Positions 1-8,571 are shown, counted from the stretch's first letter. The stretch: 33,598 nt of DNA from a candidate division WOR-3 bacterium (GCA_039802265.1 JBDRWI010000021.1:1-33598), one strand, 5' to 3'. Notes: generated by a model from the sequence alone, not told the origin. Program-made: numbers and translations.

Positions 1-251
1 TTTATTTGGTCATCTGTGAACCGTTTATGGAGTTGCTTACCCATAATTCTCCTTTCAGCACTTTTCATCGTGCTAAAAGGTATATCCATCAGGTATTTAC
101 CAGTCCACTTTTGATTTTTACTATACCCCTAAAAAAGTCCACTTTTAATTTTTACCTAACACAGTGAGAATAAGGAAGGATAAACCGTTTTTTTATTTTT
201 CAAAATGAATTTACACATAATTCTGGACACTACCTTTGGCAAAGATAGTTT

Positions 252-280
252 TTGACATTTTAAAAATTTTGATTATAATA
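252..280 (+). promoter_or_regulatory. Consensus sigma-70 promoter (TTGACA 252-257, 17-bp spacer, TATAAT 275-280) upstream of small ORF at 294
   Basis: Exact TTGACA-N17-TATAAT read directly in the sequence. A GAGGT RBS at 287-291 sits 3 nt before the ATG at 294. Confidence 0.6.
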
Positions 281-293
281 ACTGTGAGGTAGT

Positions 294-629
294 ATGAAAT
301 ATAAAGTAAACTTCACCTCACGTGAATGGGAGATAATAGGTGAAGGGTTTAATTTTGATGATTACTATGCTGGCAAATATGATGATACAGAGCGTTTATA
401 TTTTTCTCGCGAAGCCTGGCAAGGCGATATCCCGATATTCTTAAGTGATACTTATGCTTTCTCTCCGGATGAAATTCTTGTTCGTGCCAATGGTATTGTG
501 ACTCCGCAGTCAGTTTTTTCAATCTTTGGCAAAGAAAACCTTACCTTTGCTGAGATGCTTCAGGAGATATGGACTCGTCGTAAGGAGATTGTCAAGGTGG
601 TTCCCGGGGATAATAATCCTTATGAATAA
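294..629 (+). CDS. Hypothetical small protein (111 aa)
   Basis: ORF with perfect upstream promoter and RBS; no recognisable family motif. Confidence 0.5.
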   Translation: MKYKVNFTSREWEIIGEGFNFDDYYAGKYDDTERLYFSREAWQGDIPIFLSDTYAFSPDEILVRANGIVTPQSVFSIFGKENLTFAEMLQEIWTRRKEIVKVVPGDNNPYE

Positions 630-1050
630 GATTCAGTGTGTCCGTTTTGGCAGAACGCTTTTAATCGGTGAATTCTCGGCCGGGTCTTTTACGATTAAAT
701 TTAAAAAAATGTTCCGCGGCGAATCTCATTCAGACCATCCAGTTTAAATTTCTCTTTGGAGGATTGATACTCAATGTAATCGACATTTTGTCGTTGGAGT
801 ATTCAAGGTGTTTAAATTCCTCATTTATCCCATCATGGATTCTGTTGTTTTTTTAAAGTAGCACCGCTTGCGGCGCGGAAAAGTCTTCGGATTTAAAATA
901 ATTTTCAACATAGATCGAAGTCTGCCACTTGATTTTACGACAAAATCTTGATGGTAGGGATAAAACGGATGATGCGCTTATATGTGTACCTGAGGATTAC
1001 TTCTTCTTTGATGAAATTTATGTGTTTTCACGGAAAAAAATGTAATATTA

Positions 1051-1087
1051 CCCCAACCTTTTTCCTCTCCCATCAAAGGGGGAGGGA
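1051..1087. repeat. Partial copy of the G/C-tract hairpin motif (CCCCAACCTTTTTCCTCTCCCATCAAAGGGGGAGGG)
   Basis: Aligns with 17726-17765 of the right repeat copy. Lies just upstream of the SPFH promoter. Confidence 0.6.
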
Positions 1088-1110
1088 AAAGTGTATTCAC
1101 CACATCATAG

Positions 1111-1138
1111 TTGACTTTTGCTAATTTTTCTTTATACT
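1111..1138 (+). promoter_or_regulatory. Sigma-70-like promoter (TTGACT 1111-1116, 16-bp spacer, TATACT 1133-1138) for SPFH gene
   Basis: Hexamers read in sequence about 20 nt upstream of the RBS (AAGGGGG) and ATG at 1159. Confidence 0.5.
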
Positions 1139-1158
1139 ATTAATATAAAGGGGGAAAA

Positions 1159-1914
1159 ATGGGACTAACGACTATTTTGATAATTTTGCTAATTTTGATT
1201 GTTCTGAGTGCAATCAAGGTTTTGCGGGAGTATGAACGGGCAGTTATCTTCAGACTCGGTAGATTCATCGGAGTAAAGGGACCCGGTATATTTATCCTCT
1301 GGCCCGGGATTGATAAAATGAGCAAGGTCTCTTTGCGGATAGTGACGATGGATGTTCCACCGCAGGATGTGATAACAAAGGATAACATCTCGGTCAAGGT
1401 AAATGCGGTTGCCTATTTCAGGGTTTTTGAACCTTCAAAGGCAGTGCTTGAGGTTGAGGACTATCTCTATGCAACAAGTCAGATTGCTCAGACTACATTG
1501 CGGAGTGTGCTCGGTGAATATGAACTTGATGATTTGCTGACACAACGGGAAAAGATAAATATGCGGTTGCAGAAGATTATCGACGAACAGACTGACCCCT
1601 GGGGAGTTAAAGTTTCCACTGTGGAGATTAAGCATGTTGATATTCCCCAGGAGATGCAGCGGGCAATCGCCCGTCAGGCCGAGGCAGAGCGGGAGCGGCG
1701 GGCAAAGGTAATCCATGCCGAAGGAGAATTGCAGGCAGCAGAAAAGTTAAACAAGGCGGCCCAGATTATCGGACAGACACCCACGGGTATTCAACTCCGT
1801 TTCTTACAGACCCTTACTGAGGTTGCTACGGAGAAAAATTCCACAACAATCTTTCCGATACCCATTGACCTTTTTGCTCCATTCATTAAAAAATTGACGG
1901 AGGAGAATAAATAG
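1159..1914 (+). CDS. SPFH/band-7 (stomatin/prohibitin-like) membrane protein
   Basis: N-terminal TM helix, then the conserved SPFH core (RLGRF...[13 protein letters not shown]...) and a C-terminal coiled coil rich in AEAERER. Confidence 0.85.
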   Translation: MGLTTILIILLILIVLSAIKVLREYERAVIFRLGRFIGVKGPGIFILWPGIDKMSKVSLRIVTMDVPPQDVITKDNISVKVNAVAYFRVFEPSKAVLEVEDYLYATSQIAQTTLRSVLGEYELDDLLTQREKINMRLQKIIDEQTDPWGVKVSTVEIKHVDIPQEMQRAIARQAEAERERRAKVIHAEGELQAAEKLNKAAQIIGQTPTGIQLRFLQTLTEVATEKNSTTIFPIPIDLFAPFIKKLTEENK

Positions 1915-1919
1915 ATAGT

Positions 1920-2411
1920 ATGATTTGTCTCTTTCAGCAGACAGGGCTGGAATTCAAAGAGGTTGTTGAAGAGGCTTTGCGCGGAGTTTTAGGTAAGTCA
2001 GTAATTCTTAATGAAAAGTTCAATGTTCCATATGATGCATACAATCCCTTGCGTTCCCAGTATGAGGCAGAGAGAATAATTGAAAATGTATTTAATAAAA
2101 TGCCACTTCAGTGCAATATTGGTATTGTCATCGTAAACGTTGATATATATGCACCTAAAATGAATTTTATATTCGGTATGGCCGAGCCGCTAAAGAGGAT
2201 TGCACTGGTTTCAACATACCGCCTTGACGACAGAGAAAAACTAAAAGAGCGCCTTGGCAAGGAGATTGTTCATGAGGTCGGTCATCTTTTGGGGCTCGGT
2301 CACTGTAGTAATCCGGTCTGTGTTATGTATTTTTCTAATACCATTTATGATACCGACCGGAAAGCGAACTACTTCTGTGATTATTGCAGGAGGAAACTTG
2401 AAGAATTATAG
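1920..2411 (+). CDS. amzA: Archaemetzincin-like zinc metallopeptidase (peptidase M54)
   Basis: HEVGHLLGLGHC...C....CVM...C..C matches the HExxHxxGxxHCx4CxM...CxxC archaemetzincin signature. Confidence 0.7.
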   Translation: MICLFQQTGLEFKEVVEEALRGVLGKSVILNEKFNVPYDAYNPLRSQYEAERIIENVFNKMPLQCNIGIVIVNVDIYAPKMNFIFGMAEPLKRIALVSTYRLDDREKLKERLGKEIVHEVGHLLGLGHCSNPVCVMYFSNTIYDTDRKANYFCDYCRRKLEEL

Positions 2412-3468
2412 ATTATTCACACCCGGGCCAATTGATATTCCCGAAGTGGTGCTTCGGGCAACTGCCCAGAAATGCATTTATCATCGCGAGGAAAAATTCA
2501 GGTGGCTTTTAGAAGAAATTTCGGATTATCTTAAAAAACTGATAAGATGCAGTAATCGGGTTTATTTGCTTACATCTTCGGGAACCGGTGCAATGGAGGC
2601 AGCCGCAGTTAACTTACTTTCATCTTCGGACCGGGTGGTTGTGGCAGTTTGTGGAAAATTTGGCGAAAGATGGCTGGAATTGTGCAAGACCTATGGATTT
2701 AATCCAATTGTGATAAGAGCAGAATACGGCAAATCTGTAGGACCCGAGGCAATAGAAAATGTTTTGAAAGACGGGCCGGCAGTTATATTTACTACACTCA
2801 CTGAGACATCAACCGGGGCGCTGAATGATATCAAGAATTTCGGTGCGATTACCAGAAGATATGATTCTTATCTTGTTGTTGATGGAGTTGCGGGGGTAGG
2901 TGCTGATGAGTGTTATCTTGATGATTATCAAATTGATGTATTGGTTGGTGCATCTCAAAAGGCATTGATGGCTCCTCCGGGTATTTCTTTTGTGGCACTT
3001 TCAAAAAGGGCGCAGGAGAAGATAGGTAAATCTGATTTACCGAGATATTATTTTAACCTTGAAGCCTATGAGCGATTCCTACAGAATGGCCAGACGCCAT
3101 ATACACCGGCAATTACAATTCTCTATGGATTGAAGAAGGGGCTTCAGATGATAATGAAGACGGGCATTAAAAATAATTTCATAAAACATAAGAAGATGGC
3201 TGAATATGTTAGAGACCGGATAAGAAAGATGGGTTTGGAGTTATTGCCAGAAAATCCTTCAAATGCCCTGACGGTGATTAAGATGCCCCCCGAGATAAAT
3301 AGTTCCGATATAATTAAGAAAATAAAAGAGGATTACGGAATTCTCTTTGCCAATGGTCAGGGTGAACTAAAGGGTAAAATCTTGCGGATTGGACACATGG
3401 GGAATTATAATATTGCCAAACTCTCCCGGGTTATTAACATACTGGAGAGATATTTAAAAAGGAGATAA
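2399..3468 (+). CDS. Class V PLP-dependent aminotransferase (serine/alanine-glyoxylate or phosphoserine aminotransferase family)
   Basis: LFTPGP N-terminus, a GASQKAL PLP-lysine motif and fold-type-I length. The six-frame ORF opens at 2254 but overlaps amz there, so I placed the start at TTG 2399, which is preceded by AGGAGG (2389-2394). Confidence 0.75.
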
Positions 3469-3469
3469 T

Positions 3470-4474
3470 ATGAATAGATACATAAAATTGGGATATGAGG
3501 GAATTGAACTTGAGTTACCGGTTCATGCTCTCTATCTGTATCGTAGTGAAGAACAGCTCTTGGAAAATATCATTCCCCTGGTAAACGAAGGGATTGAGCG
3601 GAAAGAGAAGTGTATTTTTATGGGAAAAGAAAGTTGCGCAAAAAACCTTAAAGAGAAATTTAAAAAACAGATAGTAATTCCTGAAGAGAATGTTAACGCC
3701 GAGAATTTTTTGCCCTGGCTCAAGAACGAATATGATAAACTTGCAAAGAATTATCAGGGAATAAGGGTATTTGTTGAAGGTGATAAGGAATTTTTAAACT
3801 TCGAAGAAATCCTTGATGACTTTAATAGCCAGCCGGATTTGAAACTCTTTCTTTTGTGTCATTATGAAATTCAGAAAATAAATTCGGCCGAGATACTTGA
3901 GATCTTAAAGAACCATCCCTATGTCTTTGTTGAACATCTCTTAAAACCGAATTGCTTCTATTCCCGAATGAAACACCGAATCTGGCTTGACCCTTTGACC
4001 GGGATATTTAACCGGCGATATTTTGAAAATCAGTTGAGCAAGGAATTACAGCGGGCATCAAGGTATGAGCATCCGCTTTCCATACTCTTTATTGATATTG
4101 ATCAGTTCAAAAAGGTAAATGACGAATTTGGACATCAAGTCGGTGACCAGGCACTTATAGATTTGGCACAGATCTTAGAAAGGAATCTGCGGAGTGTAGA
4201 TGTTATCGCCCGATACGGTGGCGACGAATTTATTATTCTACTTCCGGAAACGAAGAAACAGGATGCAAAGAAGACCGCCCAGCGGCTTATCAATAGCATT
4301 CGTAATTATGACTTCTTCAAAGGTAGTCTGAAGGTAAAGGAGTTGACTGTCTCTATTGGGGTTTCATCTTTTCCGGAAGATGCGGGTGGTACTTACGAGT
4401 TAATAAAAAAGGCTGATGTAGCATTGTACAGGGTGAAGGACCAGGGTGGTAACGATGTGGCAGTATTTATGTAG
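3470..4474 (+). CDS. Diguanylate cyclase (GGDEF domain) with an N-terminal MEDS-like sensor domain
   Basis: RYGGDEFIILL GGDEF motif in the C-terminal half. The N-terminal 160 aa follow a MEDS-like pattern (HALYLY...LVNEGIERKEKCIFMG). Strong RBS AAGGAGA before the ATG. Confidence 0.8.
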   Translation: MNRYIKLGYEGIELELPVHALYLYRSEEQLLENIIPLVNEGIERKEKCIFMGKESCAKNLKEKFKKQIVIPEENVNAENFLPWLKNEYDKLAKNYQGIRVFVEGDKEFLNFEEILDDFNSQPDLKLFLLCHYEIQKINSAEILEILKNHPYVFVEHLLKPNCFYSRMKHRIWLDPLTGIFNRRYFENQLSKELQRASRYEHPLSILFIDIDQFKKVNDEFGHQVGDQALIDLAQILERNLRSVDVIARYGGDEFIILLPETKKQDAKKTAQRLINSIRNYDFFKGSLKVKELTVSIGVSSFPEDAGGTYELIKKADVALYRVKDQGGNDVAVFM

Positions 4475-4482
4475 GAGGTGAA

Positions 4483-4932
4483 ATGACGATTACACCCCTT
4501 GAGATTAGAAAACAGGAGTTTAGAAAGAGTCTGCGGGGATATGATCCCCATGAGGTTCGGTCATTTCTGGAGATGGTTTCTAACGAAATTGAAAATCTGA
4601 TGCGCGAAAATGCCAGTCTCCTTGAGAAGGTGAGGGACCTTGATACTAAAATTGGTGATTATCGGCGAATGGAGAAGATACTACAGGATACACTCACCAC
4701 CACGCAAAAGGCGACAGAGGAATTGAGGGAGGGGGCGAAGAAGGAAGCAGAGACAATCATTGCCAATGCCCGGGTTGAGGCACAGAGGATTTTGAGGGAG
4801 GCACAGGCTGAACTTGCCAAGATAAAAGAAGAGACCAAGATGGTTGAACACCAGAAACTTCTTTTAGTTTCAGAATTCAGGGGTCTGTTGGAGTCTTATC
4901 TGAGATTGCTGGAGCGACTGGAAAAGAAGTGA
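4483..4932 (+). CDS. divIVA: DivIVA-domain cell-division protein
   Basis: N-terminal LTPLEIRKQEFRKSLRGYDPHEVRSFLEMV DivIVA signature followed by coiled coil; RBS GGAGGTG. Confidence 0.8.
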   Translation: MTITPLEIRKQEFRKSLRGYDPHEVRSFLEMVSNEIENLMRENASLLEKVRDLDTKIGDYRRMEKILQDTLTTTQKATEELREGAKKEAETIIANARVEAQRILREAQAELAKIKEETKMVEHQKLLLVSEFRGLLESYLRLLERLEKK

Positions 4933-5741
4933 GAGAGAGATTAAAGAAGACAGTTGGTTATTTAAATAACTACATTAAAGAAAAGCCTATAACCGGCATA
5001 ATCCTGGGCACCGGCCTGGATGGCCTTGTTGGTAAGTTAAAGATAATCCACGCTCTTGATTACAAGAAAATTCCTGAGTTTCCGGTTGCCACTGTAGAGT
5101 TTCATAAGGGTAGGTTGATATACGGGTATTTGAGCAAAAAGAAGGTTATCGTAATGCAGGGCAGGTTTCATTTTTACGAGGGTTATTCCGCCTTTGATGT
5201 CGCCTATCCGGTGGTGGTTATGAAACTCCTGGGGGTGAGATATTTAATTGTTACAAATGCGGCCGGTGGGTTAAATCCGTTATTCGCACCGGGTGATTTG
5301 ATGCTGATAACCGACCACATAAATCTGATCCCGGATAATCCACTGCGTGGTCCAAACGAACTCAAACTCGGACCGAGATTTGTGGATATGTTCAATGCCT
5401 ATGACCACGGGTTGATAAAACTTGCCGAAGCCGTCGCATTGAAAAATGGCTTTTTATTAAAGAAGGGTGTATATGCCGGGGTGTCCGGACCAAATCTTGA
5501 AACCCGTGCTGAGTATCGCTTCTTGAGGAATATCGGTGGAGATGCAGTGGGAATGTCAACGGTGCCGGAGGTAATCATGGCACGCTATTTAAGAATGAAG
5601 GTTCTGGGAATCAGTGTCATTACCGATATGGGCCTTCCCGATGCCCTGAAGCCGGTTAGTATGGTTAAGATTTTTATGGCAGCCAAGCGGGCAGAACCAA
5701 ATTTGATAAAAATTATTGAAGGGGTGGTGGCAGGTCTGTGA
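4929..5741 (+). CDS. punA: Purine nucleoside phosphorylase, trimeric PNP/MTAP family
   Basis: GRFHFYEG, VTNAAGGLNP and SGPNLETRAEYRFL motifs. GTG start overlaps the divIVA stop. Confidence 0.8.
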   Translation: MRERLKKTVGYLNNYIKEKPITGIILGTGLDGLVGKLKIIHALDYKKIPEFPVATVEFHKGRLIYGYLSKKKVIVMQGRFHFYEGYSAFDVAYPVVVMKLLGVRYLIVTNAAGGLNPLFAPGDLMLITDHINLIPDNPLRGPNELKLGPRFVDMFNAYDHGLIKLAEAVALKNGFLLKKGVYAGVSGPNLETRAEYRFLRNIGGDAVGMSTVPEVIMARYLRMKVLGISVITDMGLPDALKPVSMVKIFMAAKRAEPNLIKIIEGVVAGL

Positions 5742-6628
5742 AAGGCAGCCGGTATTTTTGTCTTTTTATTTTTGCTGTCATATTGGGGTTGGTCCTCTGT
5801 TCCCAGAAGAAAGAAAGGATAAACAATGCACGGAGATTTATCAATGAATTAAACTACGAGAGGGCAATAATGGAGATTCTGAACTACCGAAATGAGAATG
5901 ACGCCGAGGTCAGTTATCTTTTAGGCTATTGTTATTTAAAGAAGAATGAGTATGAAGAGGCGGGTCGCTATTTTGAAAAATCACTCCAGATTTCTTCATT
6001 ATTTAAAGATAGCATTATTGCAGCTTATATCAGCATGGCAAAGAAATTTTTAAAGATTTCCGATTTGAATCGGGCATTAGTTTTGTATCAGGAACTTGTC
6101 AGATTAATCCCCGACTATAAAGAAGCAGACAACCTTTTTTTAATTGGCGATTTAAATTTTGAACAAGGAAATTTTCCGGCCGCAATTGCTGCTTATCAGA
6201 AGGGGTTTGAGATAGATACAGCATCAGCTATTGCAAAAAAGGCAATGAAAAATTATATAAAGGCCTTAATTGAATGTGATAGTCTTAGACTGGCCTTAAC
6301 CCTTGCTGAGGAAGAATATAAAAAATCCAAGACTGCCGAGAATATAATCAGGTTGGGTGAGATTAAATATCTGCTCGGTTTAAAACTCTTTAATAGCGGT
6401 TTTCCCGACAGTGCCCGGAATTTACTCTCGGCTGTTATTTCCCTACAGGAGCCTAAATCACTCATTGACGATGCCTATTTTTATATGGGCGAAATCTTTT
6501 ATTCTTTGGATAGTCTTGACCAGGCAATTGATGCCTATAAAAGAGTAATAAGATTGAATCCCTATCAAAAGGGTGAATTGGTGAAGAAGGCACAGGAAAG
6601 GTTGAGGGAGATAAGGGAGAGGAAATGA
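5738..6628 (+). CDS. TPR-repeat lipoprotein
   Basis: Signal peptide with lipobox-like LVLCS, then repeated TPR-like helices. GTGA overlap with the upstream stop. Confidence 0.6.
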   Translation: MKGSRYFCLFIFAVILGLVLCSQKKERINNARRFINELNYERAIMEILNYRNENDAEVSYLLGYCYLKKNEYEEAGRYFEKSLQISSLFKDSIIAAYISMAKKFLKISDLNRALVLYQELVRLIPDYKEADNLFLIGDLNFEQGNFPAAIAAYQKGFEIDTASAIAKKAMKNYIKALIECDSLRLALTLAEEEYKKSKTAENIIRLGEIKYLLGLKLFNSGFPDSARNLLSAVISLQEPKSLIDDAYFYMGEIFYSLDSLDQAIDAYKRVIRLNPYQKGELVKKAQERLREIRERK

Positions 6629-7362
6629 AAAAAGGTCTGAAATTAGTAATATTGTTAGTCTTTTTTATTGGTATGTGTAGCAAGCAGATACTTACACCAC
6701 TTGCACCCGAGGATGAGTTTGAAAGGGCAATGGAATTCTTTAAAAATAAAAAATACGATATCGCTATCCAGGCGTTTGAACGTATTATCTTCTATCATGC
6801 GGGTAGCGAGTATGTGGATGATGCCCAGTTTTATCTGGGGCGCTCCTACTTTGAAAAGAAGGATTACAATCAGGCAATAGTTGAATTTGATTATCTTATA
6901 AAGAATTTTGCTAATTCACCCTATCTTGAGGAAGCATACCTATTTCGTGCCAAGTCAGCACTATTAAAATCACCAAGTTACGAAAAAGACCAGACCGAAA
7001 CGAAAGAGGCAATCGCATTGTTTGATGAGTTTTTGACGCGATTTCCCAGTTCAAGATTTACTGAGGAGGTGCGGGGTTATATCCTTTTTGCCCGTGACCG
7101 GCTTGCCAAAAAAGAACTGGAGAATGGTAAGTTGTATATAAAACTTAAGGAACCGAAGGCAGCGATGTTATATTTTAAGTATTTAATTGAAAACTATCCA
7201 GAGACATCTTCGGCAAATGAGGCAAAATACCAACTGGCTTTAATCTATGAACAAAATAAGGAGTTAGACGAGGCGTTGAATCTATATAAGGAATTGCTGG
7301 AGGATGTAAACTGGAAGGCAAAGGCAGAAAGCAGAATAAAGAAAATAGAAAGCAAAAAATAA
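6625..7362 (+). CDS. bamD: Outer-membrane assembly lipoprotein BamD/YfiO-like (TPR)
   Basis: Lipoprotein signal (FFIGMCSK). Length and TPR pattern (YYLGRSYFEKKDYNQAI...LFRAKSA) are typical of BamD. ATGA overlap with the upstream gene. Confidence 0.55.
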   Translation: MKKGLKLVILLVFFIGMCSKQILTPLAPEDEFERAMEFFKNKKYDIAIQAFERIIFYHAGSEYVDDAQFYLGRSYFEKKDYNQAIVEFDYLIKNFANSPYLEEAYLFRAKSALLKSPSYEKDQTETKEAIALFDEFLTRFPSSRFTEEVRGYILFARDRLAKKELENGKLYIKLKEPKAAMLYFKYLIENYPETSSANEAKYQLALIYEQNKELDEALNLYKELLEDVNWKAKAESRIKKIESKK

Positions 7363-7369
7363 ATATAAA

Positions 7370-7990
7370 ATGCCGGCGCATAATTCACTGAGAATCGGTA
7401 TATTGGGTGGACTATTTGACCCACCGCATATCTATCATTTGATTTCCGCCCAGTGGATTTTACAGGAGTTTGACTTAAAGAAAATAGTTTTTGTTCCAGC
7501 CTATAATCCCCCCCATAAAAGTAAATATTCTTCCTATATTCACCGATTGAGAATGATAAAAATGGCAACAAGGGGGAACAAAGACTTTCTTGTCAGTGAA
7601 GTTGAGCGGTATGTTAAAGGCAAGACCTATACAGTTGAGGTGATAAAAAGATTGAAAAGTCAACAAAAATTTCTTTTCCCCTTGAAGATTTCCGACTTAA
7701 AGGCAGTTGAATTTTACCTGATTATCGGGGCTGACCAATGGAATGAGATAACGCACTGGAAGGACCCGGCGCGACTATTCAAAGAGTGCAGGATAATTGT
7801 TATGCCGCGGCCCGGTTTTAGAATAAAAAGGATAAAGCCATTTTACAAATATATCTTAATAAGTAATACACCACTTATGAATATCTCATCAACAATGATC
7901 AGAAACCGGATAAAAGAGGGACTTAGTATTGACTACCTCGTGACGCCTGCGGTAGGGCGCTATATAATCAGGCAAAATCTTTACCGATAA
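7370..7990 (+). CDS. nadD: Nicotinate-nucleotide adenylyltransferase
   Basis: IGILGGLFDPPHIYH (GxFxPxHxxH) nucleotidyltransferase motif at the N-terminus. Confidence 0.8.
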   Translation: MPAHNSLRIGILGGLFDPPHIYHLISAQWILQEFDLKKIVFVPAYNPPHKSKYSSYIHRLRMIKMATRGNKDFLVSEVERYVKGKTYTVEVIKRLKSQQKFLFPLKISDLKAVEFYLIIGADQWNEITHWKDPARLFKECRIIVMPRPGFRIKRIKPFYKYILISNTPLMNISSTMIRNRIKEGLSIDYLVTPAVGRYIIRQNLYR

Positions 7991-8036
7991 TAAACCAGAC
8001 TACCCTTTTTTTGTCTAAAGTTTAAAAGGAGAAGTG

Positions 8037-8369
8037 ATGGCAAAATTCTGGAAAGATTTTTCCAAATGGCTGGAAGATGCATCAAGGGTTCTGAGTAAAG
8101 AGGCCGGTGACCTGACGCTGAAGGGAAAGTTGAAACTGGAGGTCTTTGAGTTGAAAAGGCGATTGCAAGAACAGTACAAAGAACTCGGTGTAGCAGTTTA
8201 CGAGCAGATCTCAAAGAAGTCTGGTTCAGTTGTAGTAACTCCTTCAATAAAAGGCATTTTGTCAAAGATCAAAAGAATCCAGAAAGAAATAAAAGAAAAG
8301 GAGAAATATTATAAAAAGATAGGGGAAGATAGCTGCAAAAAGACTTATGGTAACGCGAAAAAGGAATAA
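8037..8369 (+). CDS. Hypothetical coiled-coil protein (about 110 aa)
   Basis: ORF with AAAGGAG RBS; no family motif. Its last 30 nt lie inside the left inverted-repeat copy. Confidence 0.45.
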   Translation: MAKFWKDFSKWLEDASRVLSKEAGDLTLKGKLKLEVFELKRRLQEQYKELGVAVYEQISKKSGSVVVTPSIKGILSKIKRIQKEIKEKEKYYKKIGEDSCKKTYGNAKKE

Positions 8370-8567
8370 AAATGGTGATTAGAAAAAGGGCTGTAAGATT
8401 GATTGGTGATTCAAAAAATGCAGATGCATCATTTATGGTGCTTAAAATATCGTAAGTTTTACCTCCTTCTTGATGGGGGAGGATAAAGGTGGGGGTGAAA
8501 GATAAAATACCCCCTCACCCTTGCCCTCTCCCACAGGGGGAGAGGGATTTGATATATCCGAGGAGGT
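8340..8567. repeat. Left copy of a 230-bp inverted repeat with three GC hairpins (8462-8482, 8488-8519, 8524-8546), ending in GAGGAGG 5 nt before hsp20 ATG
   Basis: Manual alignment with the reverse complement of 17652-17890 gives about 5 substitutions and 2 indels. Contains a 27-codon ORF (8372-8455) with its own AAGGA RBS. Confidence 0.9.
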
Positions 8568-8571
8568 TGAT

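Noticed and set aside
102-160. Possible CRISPR-like repeat array at the window start
   Set aside because: Only two imperfect 24-bp repeats separated by 11 bp, and no cas genes. This is not a CRISPR architecture.
526-856. Overlapping + strand ORFs 526-747 and 668-856 in the track
   Set aside because: They overlap each other and the end of the 294-629 gene in different frames, have low-complexity composition and no RBS. Treated as non-coding.
630-1110. RNase P RNA or SRP RNA in the long intergenic region (GGAAAAGTC near 880 resembles the RNase P P4 GGAAAGUCC)
   Set aside because: None of the other conserved RNase P or SRP helices or motifs (AGCAGCC, GNAA tetraloop contexts) are present.
1140-1716. 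Minus-strand ORFs 1140-1397 and 1435-1716 antisense to the SPFH gene
   Set aside because: They lie entirely inside a well-supported SPFH coding region on the opposite strand. They are antisense artefacts.
2254-2398. Upstream 48 codons of the aminotransferase ORF overlapping the archaemetzincin gene
   Set aside because: They overlap the amz coding sequence in another frame. An AGGAGG-preceded TTG at 2399 gives the typical ...LFTPGP N-terminus, so the longer ORF is most likely read-through.
8372-8455. The 27-codon ORF inside the repeat as a bona fide small protein gene
   Set aside because: Between copies it has two nonsynonymous changes and a frame-preserving insertion that alters and lengthens the C-terminus to about 41 codons. 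It is more likely a leader peptide or a chance ORF. It is kept only as part of the attenuator hypothesis.
8456-8567. CIRCE/HrcA operator, ROSE or fourU RNA thermometer, or ZTP (pfl) riboswitch as the identity of the structured leader
   Set aside because: No TTAGCACTC-N9-GAGTGCTAA CIRCE motif, and no ZTP consensus or pseudoknot. The hairpins have 8-9 bp G/C stems, too stable for a thermometer, and they do not sequester the SD. The opposite orientation of the fragment at 1051-1087 also argues against a strand-specific RNA.
8521-8571. N-terminal extensions MPSPTGGEGFDISEEV... on hsp20 and MPSPTGREGFDISEEV... on purD (16355-17698) in the ORF track
   Set aside because: The matching N-termini are translations of the shared inverted-repeat DNA. 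The real starts (8572 and 17644) follow a GAGGAGG SD and give canonical Hsp20 and PurD N-termini.
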